Shown here piece by piece: positions 50,837-63,609 of a stretch of DNA of 64,000 nt; the first letter of the stretch is position 1, and every line of letters begins with the position of its first letter. Position numbers and translations under genes: made by a program. Below the pieces are notes generated by a model that was not told the origin of the DNA, did not search any database, and saw only the letters and a list, made by a program, of their open reading frames with translations. This stretch comes from Lama glama (Eukaryota), in the NCBI GenBank assembly GCA_028534125.1, contig CM052821.1, positions 55,056,001 to 55,120,000 on the forward strand. Direction: 5' to 3'.

Positions 50837-53800
50837 CACCCATTCCTGCTGCTCTTTGGGGTCCACCCCTCAGGGCACTGGTGCTGGGGGCCAAATTGGC
50901 TCTGAAGGAGCCCATCCTCCCAGCCCACACCCCGGACCACTGATGCAGAAACAGCCAGCAGCACTCGGTTTCTTGGAGTGCTGGCCAGCTTCAGGGACTG
51001 ACGTCTCCCTGGGAGGGGACAGGGCAGGGGTGTCACAGGGCCAGGCGGTGGCCCCAGGGTAGGTCCGTCAGGAGCTTAGGTGGCAGGAGTAGGGTGGACC
51101 AGGCAGAAGAGCCACCGAGTGGCTGAAGTTTCAGAGTGAGCTTTGTGCTCGGCGTGGCTGTCAGCGGGAGCATAGCAGCCTCGGGCAGGGAGGGGTGGGA
51201 GGTGGGAGGCTCAGGAGAGGCTCAGGGCTTTGTTGAGGGTGCAGAGCACTTGTAGGGAGACAGGATGGCAACACCAGCAGGCCATGGATTTCATAGGGGT
51301 CCCCTGGGGAAGAGTAAGCCGGAGCCCAGCCTGTCTCCGCGGGACTTCTGAGCCTGCCCTGGGCCCCTGACCCATTTCAGGTGTGGCGTATCTCGGGGAG
51401 GTCCCCAGGCTTGTGGAAAAGCACACAAGGGGAAGTGGGGGGAAGAGGACCCTGAGGCTTCTAGAAGGAGGTGTCCAGCAGGAGTGTGGTTCTTGGGGCC
51501 AGGTCCCAGATTCAGGAGGGATGGCCTGTGGCAGGTGCTGAAAGTGTTACATGGCCCTTGGTGACCAGGGTGGCCCAGGATGGGGGCCTGTGCCGGAGGC
51601 AGCCTCTTCAGGCCTCTGGGTTCACCACAGGCTGGGTTCGTGCCCATGCTCAGATGAGTCAGGGGACCCGAGTCGGCATTCGGCCGTGTGACCAGCACCC
51701 AAGGCCTCACATCCAGCAGCAGGACCCAGACCCCGGACACCCCCGTTGGACAGTGAGGTCTGCACATCCTCAGTGGTGGCCTCCCAGCCCCAGGGCACCT
51801 GTGGGGCTGTGGGCAGAGTCCCAGGGCCCCCGACCCCGCAGAAGGGGCTCAGCCCCTTGGTCTGTCGACCTCCCACCACACCCAGCCTGGAAGCTCACGT
51901 TGTCATGGACGCTCCCTGGCTGTCTGGGCTGTGCTGGGTGGGGCTGTGGGCAGTGGCCATCTATCTGATCCCCGCTGGTGACACTCAGGGCCAGGGGAGC
52001 ACTGGGGTGAGGGTGCTGTGGGCCGAGTGTCATGGGCACCACTGTGGAGCCACTAGGCCAGAGGGCCTCTCTCAGCATCAGTGTCACATTGCCCCACATC
52101 CAGAGGCCAGGCCAGAGTCACACCGTGGTCAGGCTCAGCCAGGCCAGGATCCAGGTCTCTGCTCCAGGCTGAGCCCTCTCCCCACGGGAGGGCCACGCTT
52201 CGGACCCAGCGGGCATGAGCAGGGGCTTTCTCAGTTCCAGGGCAGCCAGCCCCACACTGTCAGGCCCTGGACTGGGCACCCAGGTAGGGGGTGGCTGGGA
52301 GGTGATGCGAGCCTGGGACTCCCGCAGCTCTCCAGGGTGGGGGCCGAGGCGGACCTCTTCCACTGCCCAGCTGAGAGGAACCAGGGGCTCTGGCTCCCCT
52401 GAGGAGCAGCTGCCTGGCAGGCTGGGGTGTCTGAGCACCTGGCCCCCGGGAGGGAGGCTTGGCTCCAGGCCCCCCTCACAGGCCCCCTGCCCCACCCTTC
52501 CACCCTCTCCTGACCTTCAGGGCTCTCACCCCTGGCCTGGCACTCCTCCGGGTCAGGGCTGGGGCCTGAGTCCCCTCCCATCCCCGCTCCTCCCCCTGTG
52601 TGCTCAGAGCCCTTCGGTGCCCTGCAGGCCCTGGGGGCACATCAGGGCAGGAGACTCCCTCCTGCAGCCAGATGAGAGCTGGGGAACATTTTAGGCGGCA
52701 GAGTGAAGAGATTGGAGGTGCTTTTAGAAGAGGGGGTGTGAGAGGCAGGGGAGTGCAGTTGGGGGCTGCTTGGGAAGTGGGAGAGGGCTAGGCCGGTGGC
52801 GGGGGTGGGTGGGTGGAGAAGAAGAGGGAGGGCTCTCAGGAGAAGCCCCGGCTGGAGCTGATGACTGGAGGGGATGCGGGTGGCGGGGCCGGCCAAGTCT
52901 GGCTTCAGCAGGCTTAGACAGACCAGCTGGGGTGGGGAGCCGTTGGCCAAGATGGGGAGAGCTGAGGAGTGTCCGACTTCAGGGCCGTTCAGGGAGGCCC
53001 CCAGGGGCAGCTCAGAAGGGAGGGCTGGGCGGGAGGCAGACTGGGAGGCGCTGCCTCCTGTGGGGTCCACCAGCCAGGTGGGGGGGGCACTGGAAGAGGA
53101 CGGCTGCCTGAGCCAGAGCCCAGAGCAGCAGGGGACACACCTAAGGCAGAGTCGAGGCCAAGGAACCCATCCGGGAGTGTGGAGGAGGAGGGTCGGAGGG
53201 CCCAGTGTCAGGAGGAAGAAGGGAGAGGCCATGTGCATCCCAAACAGGCAGGTGGGCCCTGGGTGGGACTCAGAGACAGAGCAGACACCCCCAGAGGCAC
53301 TGCGGGGACAGCCGGCGCCACGACTGGCTGGCCACCCATACCACCTGCCCAGCCTCCTGCCGGAAGCTGCTTCTGAATTCCCAGGCAGCCCAGGGGCCGG
53401 ATGACAGGGCCCAGGTCAGGGAAGGAAAGAATGAATTCTTTGCGGCACATGAAACGCGCCCTTTTCCCACCAGCCGTCACAGTTCTGTCTTTGTTCCCGG
53501 GGAGGCCGACGCTGTTTGCCTTATGGAGGGACCTAAAAAAGAAGCCCCCAGAGCCTGGGGAAGGGGCTCCCAGGGCCGGCCAGGCGTGTGTGAAGGAAAG
53601 ATGGGGCTCTCCCCAACCCCGCCCTGGGATCTGGCTTGGAAGAAAGAAGCACAGGGCAAGTGGGAGTGCTTGGGAAATGAGCCGTGGAGGGAGCCGGTGA
53701 AAGGTGCTGGCAGCCTCGTCCTGGGAGCATCCTGCAGGAGACCTCGGCTTTGCTGATCCTGAGCTGATAGTGGGCGGGTATCAGGCAGGGCCCGGGGCCA

Positions 53801-53898
53801 GGCCGGCAGCTCTCCCTGGGCCTGTCTTTGCCTCCACCTCCAACGCTACCTCGAATCTCCACAGCCATCTGGATTGCCTGAGGGAGAAAATGAAAACC

Positions 53899-54238
53899 TC
53901 ACACGTGTGTGCACAGAGACACAGACACACAGGCAGGCTCAGACACGCAGACATGAGCACGCAGAGACATGTGCATCTGCTCGCACACACCTGGACACAT
54001 GTGCACAGAGACCCACACAAACAAGCGCATGTGTGCACAAGCATATGCTCACGTGTGTGCATGTTTGTACACGCGTGTGCACGCACAGGCTCACTCAGGT
54101 GGCACCCACGTGCAAACTTCTGTGCACAGTCACATGCACTCACATGCACACGTATGCAGACAAGCACATACCTGCTCATGCACAAACCCCCTACACAAGC
54201 ATAGGCATGCATGCAGGCTTGCACACACGTGCATGCTC
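53899..54238. repeat. Low-complexity alternating purine/pyrimidine (CA/TG/GCAC) tract
   Basis: Dense cacacgtgtgtgcaca / acatgtgcac / gcatgcatgc units over ~340 bp. Confidence 0.85.
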
Positions 54239-55784
54239 GTCTCAGTCCACCAGTGACTCAGCTGCGTGGGGTCCAGTGGCTCTCCTACCCACATCTTTCT
54301 CCTCTGCTGGGTGAGGGCTTAGAGCCATGGTCCTGGGAGCTCCTGGCTCCCAGCAGCATGCGCTCAGTGGAAGGTCAGACTGGCTAGGGAGAGCACAGTG
54401 CTGCCTTCCAGGGGCAGCTGGCAGGAGGGTGCAGGGATGCTGCCACCTCCCCACTGGGGGCCGGCTGCGCTTCCCTGGGCAGAGGGGAGGGATGTGCTCA
54501 CGGTCACATAGGCCGCTGAGGCCACGGTCCTTTTCTTGTTTGGATATAAATACCCCTTACATTACATATTAACAGAGGAAAATGGAGGCTTTGAGGGGCC
54601 GGCAGGGAGAAATTGTGGGTCTGTCCCTTCCCCACCACTGGGCCAGTGGATGACTCATTATTCAACAAGTGTACTTTCAGCGTCTGCGACTTCCCAGCAG
54701 AGTGGGACAATGTAACACCCAAGGAGACTCAAGTCCTTCCCTGCAAACCAGCTGAACCCAAGAAGAAGCCCTGTGTGCCCATGGTGGCCCGGGCCACCTC
54801 CCTGCCCTCTCGCCCCCTCCCAGGGCGTTCCTGGGCGTTCTCTGAGTGCGGATGTGAGAGTCACCGCTCTCAGGAGGGGGCGATGGATAGACGGATGATG
54901 GGTCTCAGGGGGCAGGACCCCCAGCTGCATGGGCTGTGGCCAGGGGAGGTTCCAGACACATGGCCACCATCCACATCCCTCGGCATTTGCCAGGAGAGGT
55001 TGTGGAAACAGCAGTGGGCCAGGAGCCGGAAGCCCAGTGGCACCCGGGCTGGCGCGTCCTGCTCTGCGCCTGGCTCCCCATCTGCACAGCAGGGCTTGAA
55101 TCGGGACAGCTCCCTGCTTGCTGCTGCAGTGCCGCCCCCAGCAGCCTCCCAGCTCCCAGGGAAGCTCCTCCAGGTGGGGGTGGGAGGGGATGGCTGGGGG
55201 CTCTGGGATGCAGACGGGCCTCCCTTCCAGGGCCGCACATCGGTCACTCAGGAGCCACGCAGAGCAGCCCCAGGCAGGACGCTGGGGGGGCCACCGGTGC
55301 CTTGTGAGGCCAGGCTCCTGGGTTACAAAGGGGATTTGGTCCTTTCCCCAGGCTCATGGCCAGTAAAGTCCGACCCCCTCAAGTCTGACGGTCCCACAGG
55401 TGTAAACCTCCAGGCAGCCCCTCTCGGGAGCCCGGCCCAGCCCCGAGGAGCGCGTGGTTATTACCTCACTGGCCCTTCCAACAGCCCGGCGAGGCAGGCC
55501 TGTGACTACCTTCTCTCTGCAGATGTCAGAATCCTTGTCCTGCAGCTTTTTATCTCTACACGAGTGGAAGGCGCTACACCCTTAAAGGCCAGAGCCCTGG
55601 GAACCGGCCCCCCCGTGGGTCTCAGGCTCCAGGCGGCATTCTCTCACAGGAGGAGCAGAACCAGCCCGACTGGGCCCGGGACCCAGAGCCCAGGGCAGAG
55701 CCAAAGGGGCAGGTCCAGCGTGGGGTCGGGCTTGTTCTCCCCTGTGACAGAGACAGTCTGCACCGGGGCCACGCTCCCCACCAC

Positions 55785-56224
55785 CGTGGTGGTGCAGTAA
55801 TGCCCCACCAAGACGTCCACATCCCGATCCCCAGAATCGGTGACTATGTTACCTTCTATGGCAAAAGAGACTTTGCAGATGTGATTAAATTAAGCATCTT
55901 GACATGGGGGATGGTCTTGGATTTTCTCAGTAGGTCCACGTCATCACAAGGGTCACGAGAGGGAGGTCAGAGTCAGAGGGAAGCTGGGAGTTGCGAGGCT
56001 GCTGGGAGGAAGGGACCTGAACCGAGGATCGTGGGTGTCTTGAGAAGCTGGACAAGGTAAGGAAATGGATTCTCCCCTCGAGCCTCCAGAGCTGACCCAG
56101 CTCTGCGCACACCTTGACTGTAGCCCCATGAGACGACCTCCGGACCTGCAAGAGGATACGTTTGGGTTGCTCTCAGCCATTGCGCACGTGGTCACGTGTT
56201 GCAGCAGCCGCAGGACCCTCACAC
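55785..56224 (+). mobile_element. MLT1 (MLT1D-like) ERVL-MaLR solo LTR
   Basis: Diagnostic tatgttaccttctatggcaaaagagactttgcagatgtgattaaattaagcatcttgacatgggg and agaagctggacaaggtaaggaaatggattctcccctcgagcctccag. Confidence 0.9.
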
Positions 56225-56619
56225 GACGACCGCGCTCTTGACCCGAGCACGCCTCCCGCGTCACCTGGGCTGCAGCTCACAGCTTCTTGCCACGGTTCTC
56301 AGGGGCTCTGCATCCCCTCCCAGCGGACACAAAGTTAGCCCTGCCACGTTGGGCACTGGGGACAATGTCTTTCCCACGGTTGTAAACGACGCCGCAAAAA
56401 CTTCTCCTCCCGTGTGGTCTCAGCGGACAGAAGGTCTCAGGATCAACCTGCCTGCGGGGCTTGAGGATTCTCCTAAGGGGACTCCTGTCTTCCTGGCACC
56501 TCCCCCAACCCTGATGTCACACTGTCAGGTGTATGGGGTGGGAAGGTCCTAATTTTACCCTGGTCTGAGCACCCACCTTCAGGCGCCCTCCGGGCCCTAG
56601 GAAGGAGAGTGGAGAGGGC

Positions 56620-56730
56620 TGGGACTCTGTAAGGCACTACAAACCCTAGGCTTGTGCCCTTTAAGAGCATGAATTTTAGGGCATGTGAGTTGTACTGCAG
56701 TAAATCTATCACATCAAAAAAGAAAAGAAA
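56620..56730 (+). mobile_element. L1M 3' terminal fragment with A-rich tail
   Basis: ttgtgccctttaagagcatgaattttagggcatgtgagttgtactgcagtaaa followed by aaaaaagaaaagaaa resembles L1MB/L1MC 3' ends. Confidence 0.55.
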
Positions 56731-57138
56731 TATCTACTTGTTGAATTTGGGGGCAGTATCAAACATACCCACAATTACCTGAAGCCACCATTAAGTTATA
56801 CCCCACCTTCCACCTGCTATGCATGTGAAGCTAGGTTTTCTTCACAGAGGTCAACAAAAATGACACACTGCAGCAGAGTGATGGCAGAAGCAGGTGTGAG
56901 GCCTCAACTACCTTCTCCTAAACCAGACATTGAAGAGATCTGAAAGTGTTGTACATGTCAACACAGGAAGGGTTGGTTACTGTTATATTTATTTGAGTTA
57001 ATAAAGAGTTTTTCAGTTTTATTTCCTAACACTGGAAATGTCGACAAGTATAGCCCACAGAAACAAAACATTTTGGGGTTCTCTATAGCTTTTCAGAATA
57101 AAAAGGAGTCCTTAAACCAAAATGTTTAAGAATCTCTC
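56730..57138 (+). mobile_element. hAT-Charlie (Charlie1-like) DNA transposon 3' fragment
   Basis: Decayed transposase C-terminal coding remnant (tgtgaagctaggttttcttca...gcagaagcaggtgtgagg...aaaccagacattgaagagat) and terminal region (cccacagaaacaaaac...ttggggttctc...gtccttaaaccaaaatgtttaagaa). Confidence 0.75.
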
Positions 57139-57254
57139 TTACATGACCATTAAAATCAGGAAATGAACACTTACGTGACCCCGCAGAGGACAGCCTTCAC
57201 TCTGACTTCACCTGATGCTCCAAATATCTCTTTGATAGTAACTAAAAATCCAGC

Positions 57255-57426
57255 TGAGAAATGGGGAGTTATTATTGAATGGGGACAGGGCTTCAGTTTG
57301 GAAAATGAAAAACGCTCTGGATGGTGGTGATGATAGCATAGCAACATGAATGTACTTAATGCTGTTGAACCACGTACTTAAAAATGGTACATTTTATGTT
57401 CTCTATATTTTACCACAATTTAAAAA
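57255..57426 (+). mobile_element. L1MB-like LINE-1 3' end
   Basis: Typical old L1 3' UTR (ggggagtt...aatgggga cagggcttcagtttgg...gatggtggtgatg...tgaatgtacttaatg...acttaaaaatgg...attttatg...tatattttaccacaatttaaaaa). Confidence 0.85.
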
Positions 57427-57438
57427 TTACTGTGTTAA

Positions 57439-57587
57439 GGGGGAGGGTGTAGCTCAGTGGTGAGTGCATGCTTAGCATGCAAAAGGTCCTGGGCTCAATC
57501 CTCAGTTCCTCCATTTAAAAATACGCAAATAAATAAATAACCTAGTTACCTTCCCTTCAAAAAATAAATTAAATAAATGCATGTTTA
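57439..57587 (+). mobile_element. Camelid Vic-1-type SINE, full length with target-site duplication
   Basis: GGGGGAGGGTGTAGCTCAGTGG...CTTAGCATGC...GGTCCTGGGCTCAATCC head, AAAT-rich linker, CCTAGTTACCTTCCC, A-rich tail; TSD AAAAATTACTGTGTTAA (57422-57438) / AAAAATTACTACATTAA (57588-57604). Confidence 0.9.
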
Positions 57588-57874
57588 AAAAATTACTACA
57601 TTAAAAATCGTTTATTTAAATATAATGATATATGCCTCGTAATAAAAATAAGCAAAATTATAGAATACATTTGTGATATACTTCACAAATATAAAATAAC
57701 ATTTCAGTATGAATAAAAGCAATCACTAGTGAAAGGTTTCAGCACAAAGTCACTAGGCATGGTTAAATCTGAACATGCAGGATGTAAAAAAAATGTTTAA
57801 GGGATTTTTTTTCAAAGTTCATTTCTGTTGTTATCGTTACTCATAATCTCAGTTAAGATTCTAATCCCAAAAAA

Positions 57875-58080
57875 TCTTCCAGTCTAGTGAGGGAGACAGA
57901 CTAGCTGACTAGTATAACACAGAGAGATCAGCTGAGGCACTGAGGCTGAAGGTGTCCAGAAAAGGAACACAGCCCAGAGAGGGGAGATCTGGGAGGCCTT
58001 CCTGGAAGAGGTGGTACCTTAAAGGAAGAATGGAAGTGGTAGGAGGAGATGACCTGCTGAAGCTAAAGCAAGGCAGGTGT
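57875..58080 (-). mobile_element. L2 fragment
   Basis: ttccagtctagtgagggagacagac...gggaggccttcctggaagaggtgg. Confidence 0.6.
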
Positions 58081-61000
58081 GGTGGATTGCAAATAGAGAG
58101 GCTGGAGAGAGAGGCTGTCCCCAGGTGTGGGGCCCAGGGGCTCTGCCCTGGCCTAACAGTCTGCCAGGAGAGCAGGGTTGTGGCGAGTCAGTGGGCTGTG
58201 CAGGCAGGACAGAGCCTGGCGGCTGGTGGGTAAGGGAAGTGAGGGCCCAGCCGAAGGGCTGGACCAGCAGCTTGGGGAAGAGTCAGGGGCCTGCAGCTTG
58301 CTGACTTGGGCCATGCTGACCTTCATTACCCTTGACCCTGACAGTGACCTTCCAAGGACAGCCTTACTTCTCCCCACAAAGACACTGAGGAGCTGAGAGG
58401 CGAGGCTATTGGCCAAGTTTGCCCAGCAGAGCTGGGGTAAGAGCTCAGGCTCTTAGCTTGGCTCTGCTCCCCAAACAAAATGGGTGATGGGGACAGGGAG
58501 CCTCTCTCAGGGATGAACCCCAGGTCACCCACATGGCTGCCCGAACCTTTCTTTCAAGGCTGTGCCTGGCCCCAGGAGCCCAGCATTCCATGGGATCCTG
58601 CCCTTAAGAAATCCCCCAGTCCAGAAAGTTCCAGTTGGACCTCAGGTCCTGCCAAGAGGCCCTTCCCCAGCTGACTTCTTGGGCTCCCTTCCAAAAGGGG
58701 CAGCAGTGACTGGGCGAGGAGGCCCAGGTCCGGCTGGGAGCCGGCCTTCTGTTTCCCTAACATCCTGGTGCGTGAGTGGAGGATACATGGGGCAGCCAGC
58801 CTGGGTTCCTGCTGTTCTGTTTATTTGCCAAAGCATGCCCCATCCTGTAACTTCTTCCTCTAATTGGCTGGATCAATCACCTCCACTGGTTTCCAACAAG
58901 ATGCCAGAGTGTATTTTTAGACCAAAGGAGCAGGTAGGGCTGGAAGAGTCACTGCGAGGGCAAGTTGGAGGGAAGGAAGGGGCTAGTGAGTGTCCCCTCC
59001 CTGGTATGGGCTTGAGATGGGACACTGAGCAGTCTGTCCGCTGTGTGTTTGCAGAAGCAGAGGTGAGTAACTTTCAGCTGATCAACCTTGGCCTAGGAGG
59101 TTCCAGCCTAAAAAGGGGAGCTGATTTCCCCCCGCCAGGCCACACACCGGGTGGCCCATCCCAAGCCTGGAGGCTGGGCCTGAACACACTTCCAAAGCAC
59201 AGAGCATGAGAGGCCAGGCATAATTCACACAAGCGCTCAGCCGGAGCTGTCACATGTCTGCTTTCCCCCAGAGAGGCTGGAAAAAATGCCTCCCTCGTGG
59301 CCGTTGGCAGCTGGCTCCTAGGGGCCTGTCACAGTCATACCCCGAGCACAGTGCAGAATCCCGAGCTGGCCGGGGACGTCTGAGGTGAGCCAGCCCAGCC
59401 TCTCAGTTTACAGCTGGGAACAGACGTGGGGCGGCCGTAGCTGTCCAAGGTCACAGAGCCCGGGAGGGGAGTGGTAGGCGGAGTGGAAAAGGCGAGAACA
59501 CGTGAGCCAGGCCGAGCGGCCCCGGGTCCAGGCCTACAGCTCCAGGTATGAGGGTCAGGGCAATGGGGCAGGCTCTCAGCCTCAGTTTCCACAGCTGGGA
59601 GCAGCGAGGCCACAGCTGCTTGCAGAGCTGTTTGGGGCTGAGCAGCGCTGAGCACAACTGCCCTGTGTCCAGGGGACACACCATCAATGACTGCCCCAGG
59701 CACCCGGCCCCCTGCCCAGGAAGAGGGCAGGGACCCGCTTTCCCCTGGATCAACAGCACCCTGAAGGGACCTGCTCAAAAATTCCTGGTTAGTTAGCACC
59801 TGCCCTGCCCCCCACAACCAGGCGCAGTGGGGACACGTGGAGCGGGAGGGACAGGCCCAGTCTTCGAGCTGTTGAACGTCCAGACCAAAAGACAAATAAT
59901 GTCATTGACAACTGAGCTAATGGCTCAAGCGTCTGTGTCCAGGAACAGCAGACCAGGCTATTTGGACCGACTCCCTTTTTGGAAACAAGTAGAAGTTTGG
60001 GCTGAAAAAGTTATTTTAAAAATGATGTTCAAAGCCTCTAAGAGTGGCCAAGACCATGGAGAACCTCCAGCAGGAGCAGGGACTTGGCGCTGCAGCCACT
60101 TCTGTCCTGACGGCCTGTGCCAATCTGGAAAGGCTGGGCCTTGACCTTGTGAGGGAGGGACATGTGAGGACGGAAGTCAAAGTGTGAGGCAGCTAAGCAG
60201 GGACTCTCCCTTGCATGAGGCTGGTGGCCAGGGAGTCGGACCCAAGGGGGCACAAACCACCTTGCTCTCCCGGAGGAAGTCAGGGCTGGGGTCGCCGGGG
60301 AGGTGTCACGCTGGGAGAGCAGCAGCTCAGGCCTCGGTGTCGCTCAGTGATTACTAGATCCTTTTTTGGAGGGGGGATGGGGCTGGGGATGTTTTCAAAT
60401 CAAACCGAGCACTGGCGCTTGCCCAGAAATTTGATTAACCTAAGGTTTCCACTTAGAGAAGCGAAGTGACAGTCCCCTAGTCTGTCTTTCCCACCAGCCA
60501 TCTAAGGACCCTGCCTGCCAGGGTGCCGGTCCCACGGCCTTCTGCCCCATGCCACTGGCGCCTTCTAAAGGGTTCCAGCGTTGATTGCCTTGGTGTATTG
60601 TGTAGATTTCAGCTTCCCTCCTGCTCCAACCGACTCACTCCCCTGCACGCCTCAGGCTTCCAGGCAGAGGGTACGCTCATCCCCGGGGCCTGGCCGCACT
60701 CCAAGGGTACCCGACGGCATGTGAGCTGGGGCCCCGAGTGGGTGTAACGCCTGTCCACACTCTGCTCCCGCATTTTATCAAAGATCAAAATCAGGCCCTC
60801 ACGGAGGATTTGACACTTCAGGCTGCAAGTCTCAACACAAGCCGAAGTGTTGCCGTGAAAATAAATATCGTAAGTCGACCTGGAGGAGGGAGCTGGGCAC
60901 GCAGGCTGGGAACACGTCAGGAGGCCTTCGCAATGGGCTGTGTTTTTCAGTAAACACTGCTCGCCTGGGCCAGCGTGGCCTGGACTTCGGGCTCACAAAC

Positions 61001-61789
61001 CAACATTTTACACAAGTTCGGGGACAGATCCGGGGTGCCAAGTCAGAACACACCGTCCCTATCAACACCTCATCTGAGACATTTTTAATAAGAAAAGGCA
61101 TTTCCAAGAACAACCAAAAAGTGTAAAGGACACACTCGGGGAGAAAAAAGGATATTTCTTTAAATCGACTAGATGCAGCCCTGCAGAAAACACTCTGCAA
61201 AGTTCTTTTGCGGCTTTTGCCACAGACCAGGAACACTCTGTCAAATGTGGCCTGTCCCTTTAGGAGACCGAGGTCCACAGTCCGCTTCCTCATATGAGTG
61301 AAATCTAAGGCCTGGAGATGCTGGCAGAACGCGCTGGCAGTTCCCTCGCACTGATGTCTCAGAGGCTGGGGGTCCGCAGGCTGCGCGGGCTTGACTGGCT
61401 GGCGGGCTTTTCTGTAAAAGGCAGAGACTGGCCTAGATCTGAGGATCGAGCTGGGGAGCAAGTAACAGACACTCACCTGGTGTCCGAGAGGTTCGAGGCC
61501 TCCATCACATCAGCTACACTGAGCAACGAGGCAGGCAGGGGAGCGGGGCTGGAATGACAGGCCTGAACTCGACAAGAGCCCTGGGTTGGGGTGGGGGTGG
61601 CAACACAGGGAAGAAGGCGGCTTTGTGGGTGGGACGGATGCCAGACAGGCTTTCTGGAGGAGGTGACCCTTGGCAGAGCCCTCAGGCAAGTGGTCACCAA
61701 GTCTCAAAGGTGACTCACCTAGCAGGTCTTGTCTCTGCACTTCCTACACGATCCTTCCTAATTCTCAACCTAGAGCTCACGGAGGTCAG

Positions 61790-61910
61790 CGTTGCCACCC
61801 CTTTTGGTTTATGAGGAAGTTCAGGTAGGAGGTCAAGTCGTTTGTTCAAGGTTACAGTGTGAGCGAAAGGCAGAGCAGGGTCATGGATCCAGGTCTGACT
61901 CCAAATCCCA
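61790..61910 (-). mobile_element. MIR fragment
   Basis: atgaggaagttcagg...gaggtcaagt...ttgttcaaggttacag...ggcagagcaggg...ccaggtctgactccaaa. Confidence 0.7.
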
Positions 61911-63609
61911 GGTTCCGTCCACTAATTTCATGTCCCAGGTAGAGGCAATGACACCTATATCACACTCATCATGCATTCGTGGGTCAGCACACCTGTCTCA
62001 TCTCTGCAGGGCCCGCCCACAGCAATGCAGTTCACAGCAGGGACCCCTACCCGGGGCAGATAATTGTGAACCCCATCTCTAGCAGAGCAGAATGTCCTTT
62101 ATTGACCAAATTCATCTATACATCAGCTTTACCAAGAGAGTCTCACCTGCCAGGCCACACAGGTTCTGAAGCTCCAAGGCCACGCTCTGAACTGGACAAA
62201 ACACATCAACGACCCAGCCCACCTCAGGGAGCTTGAGTCACCTGGGATGGAAGAGCACATGCTGACCCTTGGGAGGGAAGGTGTGGGGGGCAGCCCTGCT
62301 GTGGGCGGGCTGCCTTGGACTTCTCAAGAATGACAGACACAAGCATTAGAAACGGAGACCCACGTCAGGTGGAGCCTGTTGCAAAGCCAGTCTGTAACCT
62401 TAGGCCAGGGACAGGCTGCTCACCAAAGCGGCCTGGTGTCCAGGACAGCGACCGTGGCTGGGCCTGCAGAAGGTTCCAGACCCTGCAGACTTCCAGTAAG
62501 TGCACAGTTTGCCCAGCACCACCACCACCTCTGCCTCAGTAATGGCAACTGATTCACATGTATCATGTTTTCTTTGTTACTAGTCTGGGGTCTAGCCAAA
62601 CTCCCCACGGGGCCGTAAGTCACTGCCCACCTCTGCCTGTCTTGTGCCATTTGCACTCTCGCCTTGAATGTGGCCTCCTTCTCCTGCCACAGGCTTCTGT
62701 GCATGCTGCTGCCGCCCCCCTGGGGTGCCGGGGCCAAGACTGATCCTTAACGGTGTGCTTCTGGGTCTCCCAGAGACTGCCGGGGTATCAGGCCAGGAGA
62801 GACCCCATTGCCAACCCATGGGGTTACCTGGGGTTGCTGTGGAGGGTAGATGGGTTTGGTCTCTGAGAGTCCAGTTCTTGCTCCATCTTGGAGACCTCAG
62901 CCAAGGGCTGTTGTTTCCTCGGTTTCCACCTCTGCAAAACTAGGATGAACCCAGCTGCTCTGCGGGGCCATGGTGGGTTTAGGGTCCATGCCTAAATGTG
63001 GCAAGACTTTGTTACGTGGACCCCTGAGGTCCTGCCGTCGATACTAGGAGGCCAGCCATGGGCCACGGAGCAGCTCTAGACTTGCTGACAGTAAACTCTC
63101 TCAGTCTGTGTCTCCTGCCCCTGCTGACTTCCACCACCTGACCTGAGGCCACGCTGCCAGGAGATCAGAGGCCACTGCCCTGGCTGATGATATCCTGGAA
63201 GCACACACTCTGTCCCATTGGGAGGCAGATCAGCAAAGGGCAAACAAGTGACCTGCAGAGGCTTTGGACAGTTCCTGGAAAAGAGCTTATCCAAACTACA
63301 GGGCAAACAGACAGATTCCTGTGTAAGGCCTGGACCCCAGACCCATGGGAGATGCTTCACCCCAGCAGGGGTCAGGGCCAGCCTCTGAGCAGATGGCCAA
63401 CATCACCTGCTTGCACATTCAAGGTCTAACCGCTGCCTGGTGTCTAGTGGCAGGAGCCTCATCCTGCTCCCCCTTTCTCCTCCTCTGAATGTCCCAGCTC
63501 CCTGATTCTCCTTTGGAGACCGAGAGACAGCCCTGGATGCTCTGGTGAGACTGGGCATGTGGGTATATCCAGGAGTGGCTCAGCAGGGCAGCTGTGAGCA
63601 CCACGGACC

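Noticed and set aside
53704-54314. His/Cys/Thr-rich ORFs resembling metal-binding proteins
   Set aside because: These are translation artefacts of the CA/TG low-complexity tract.
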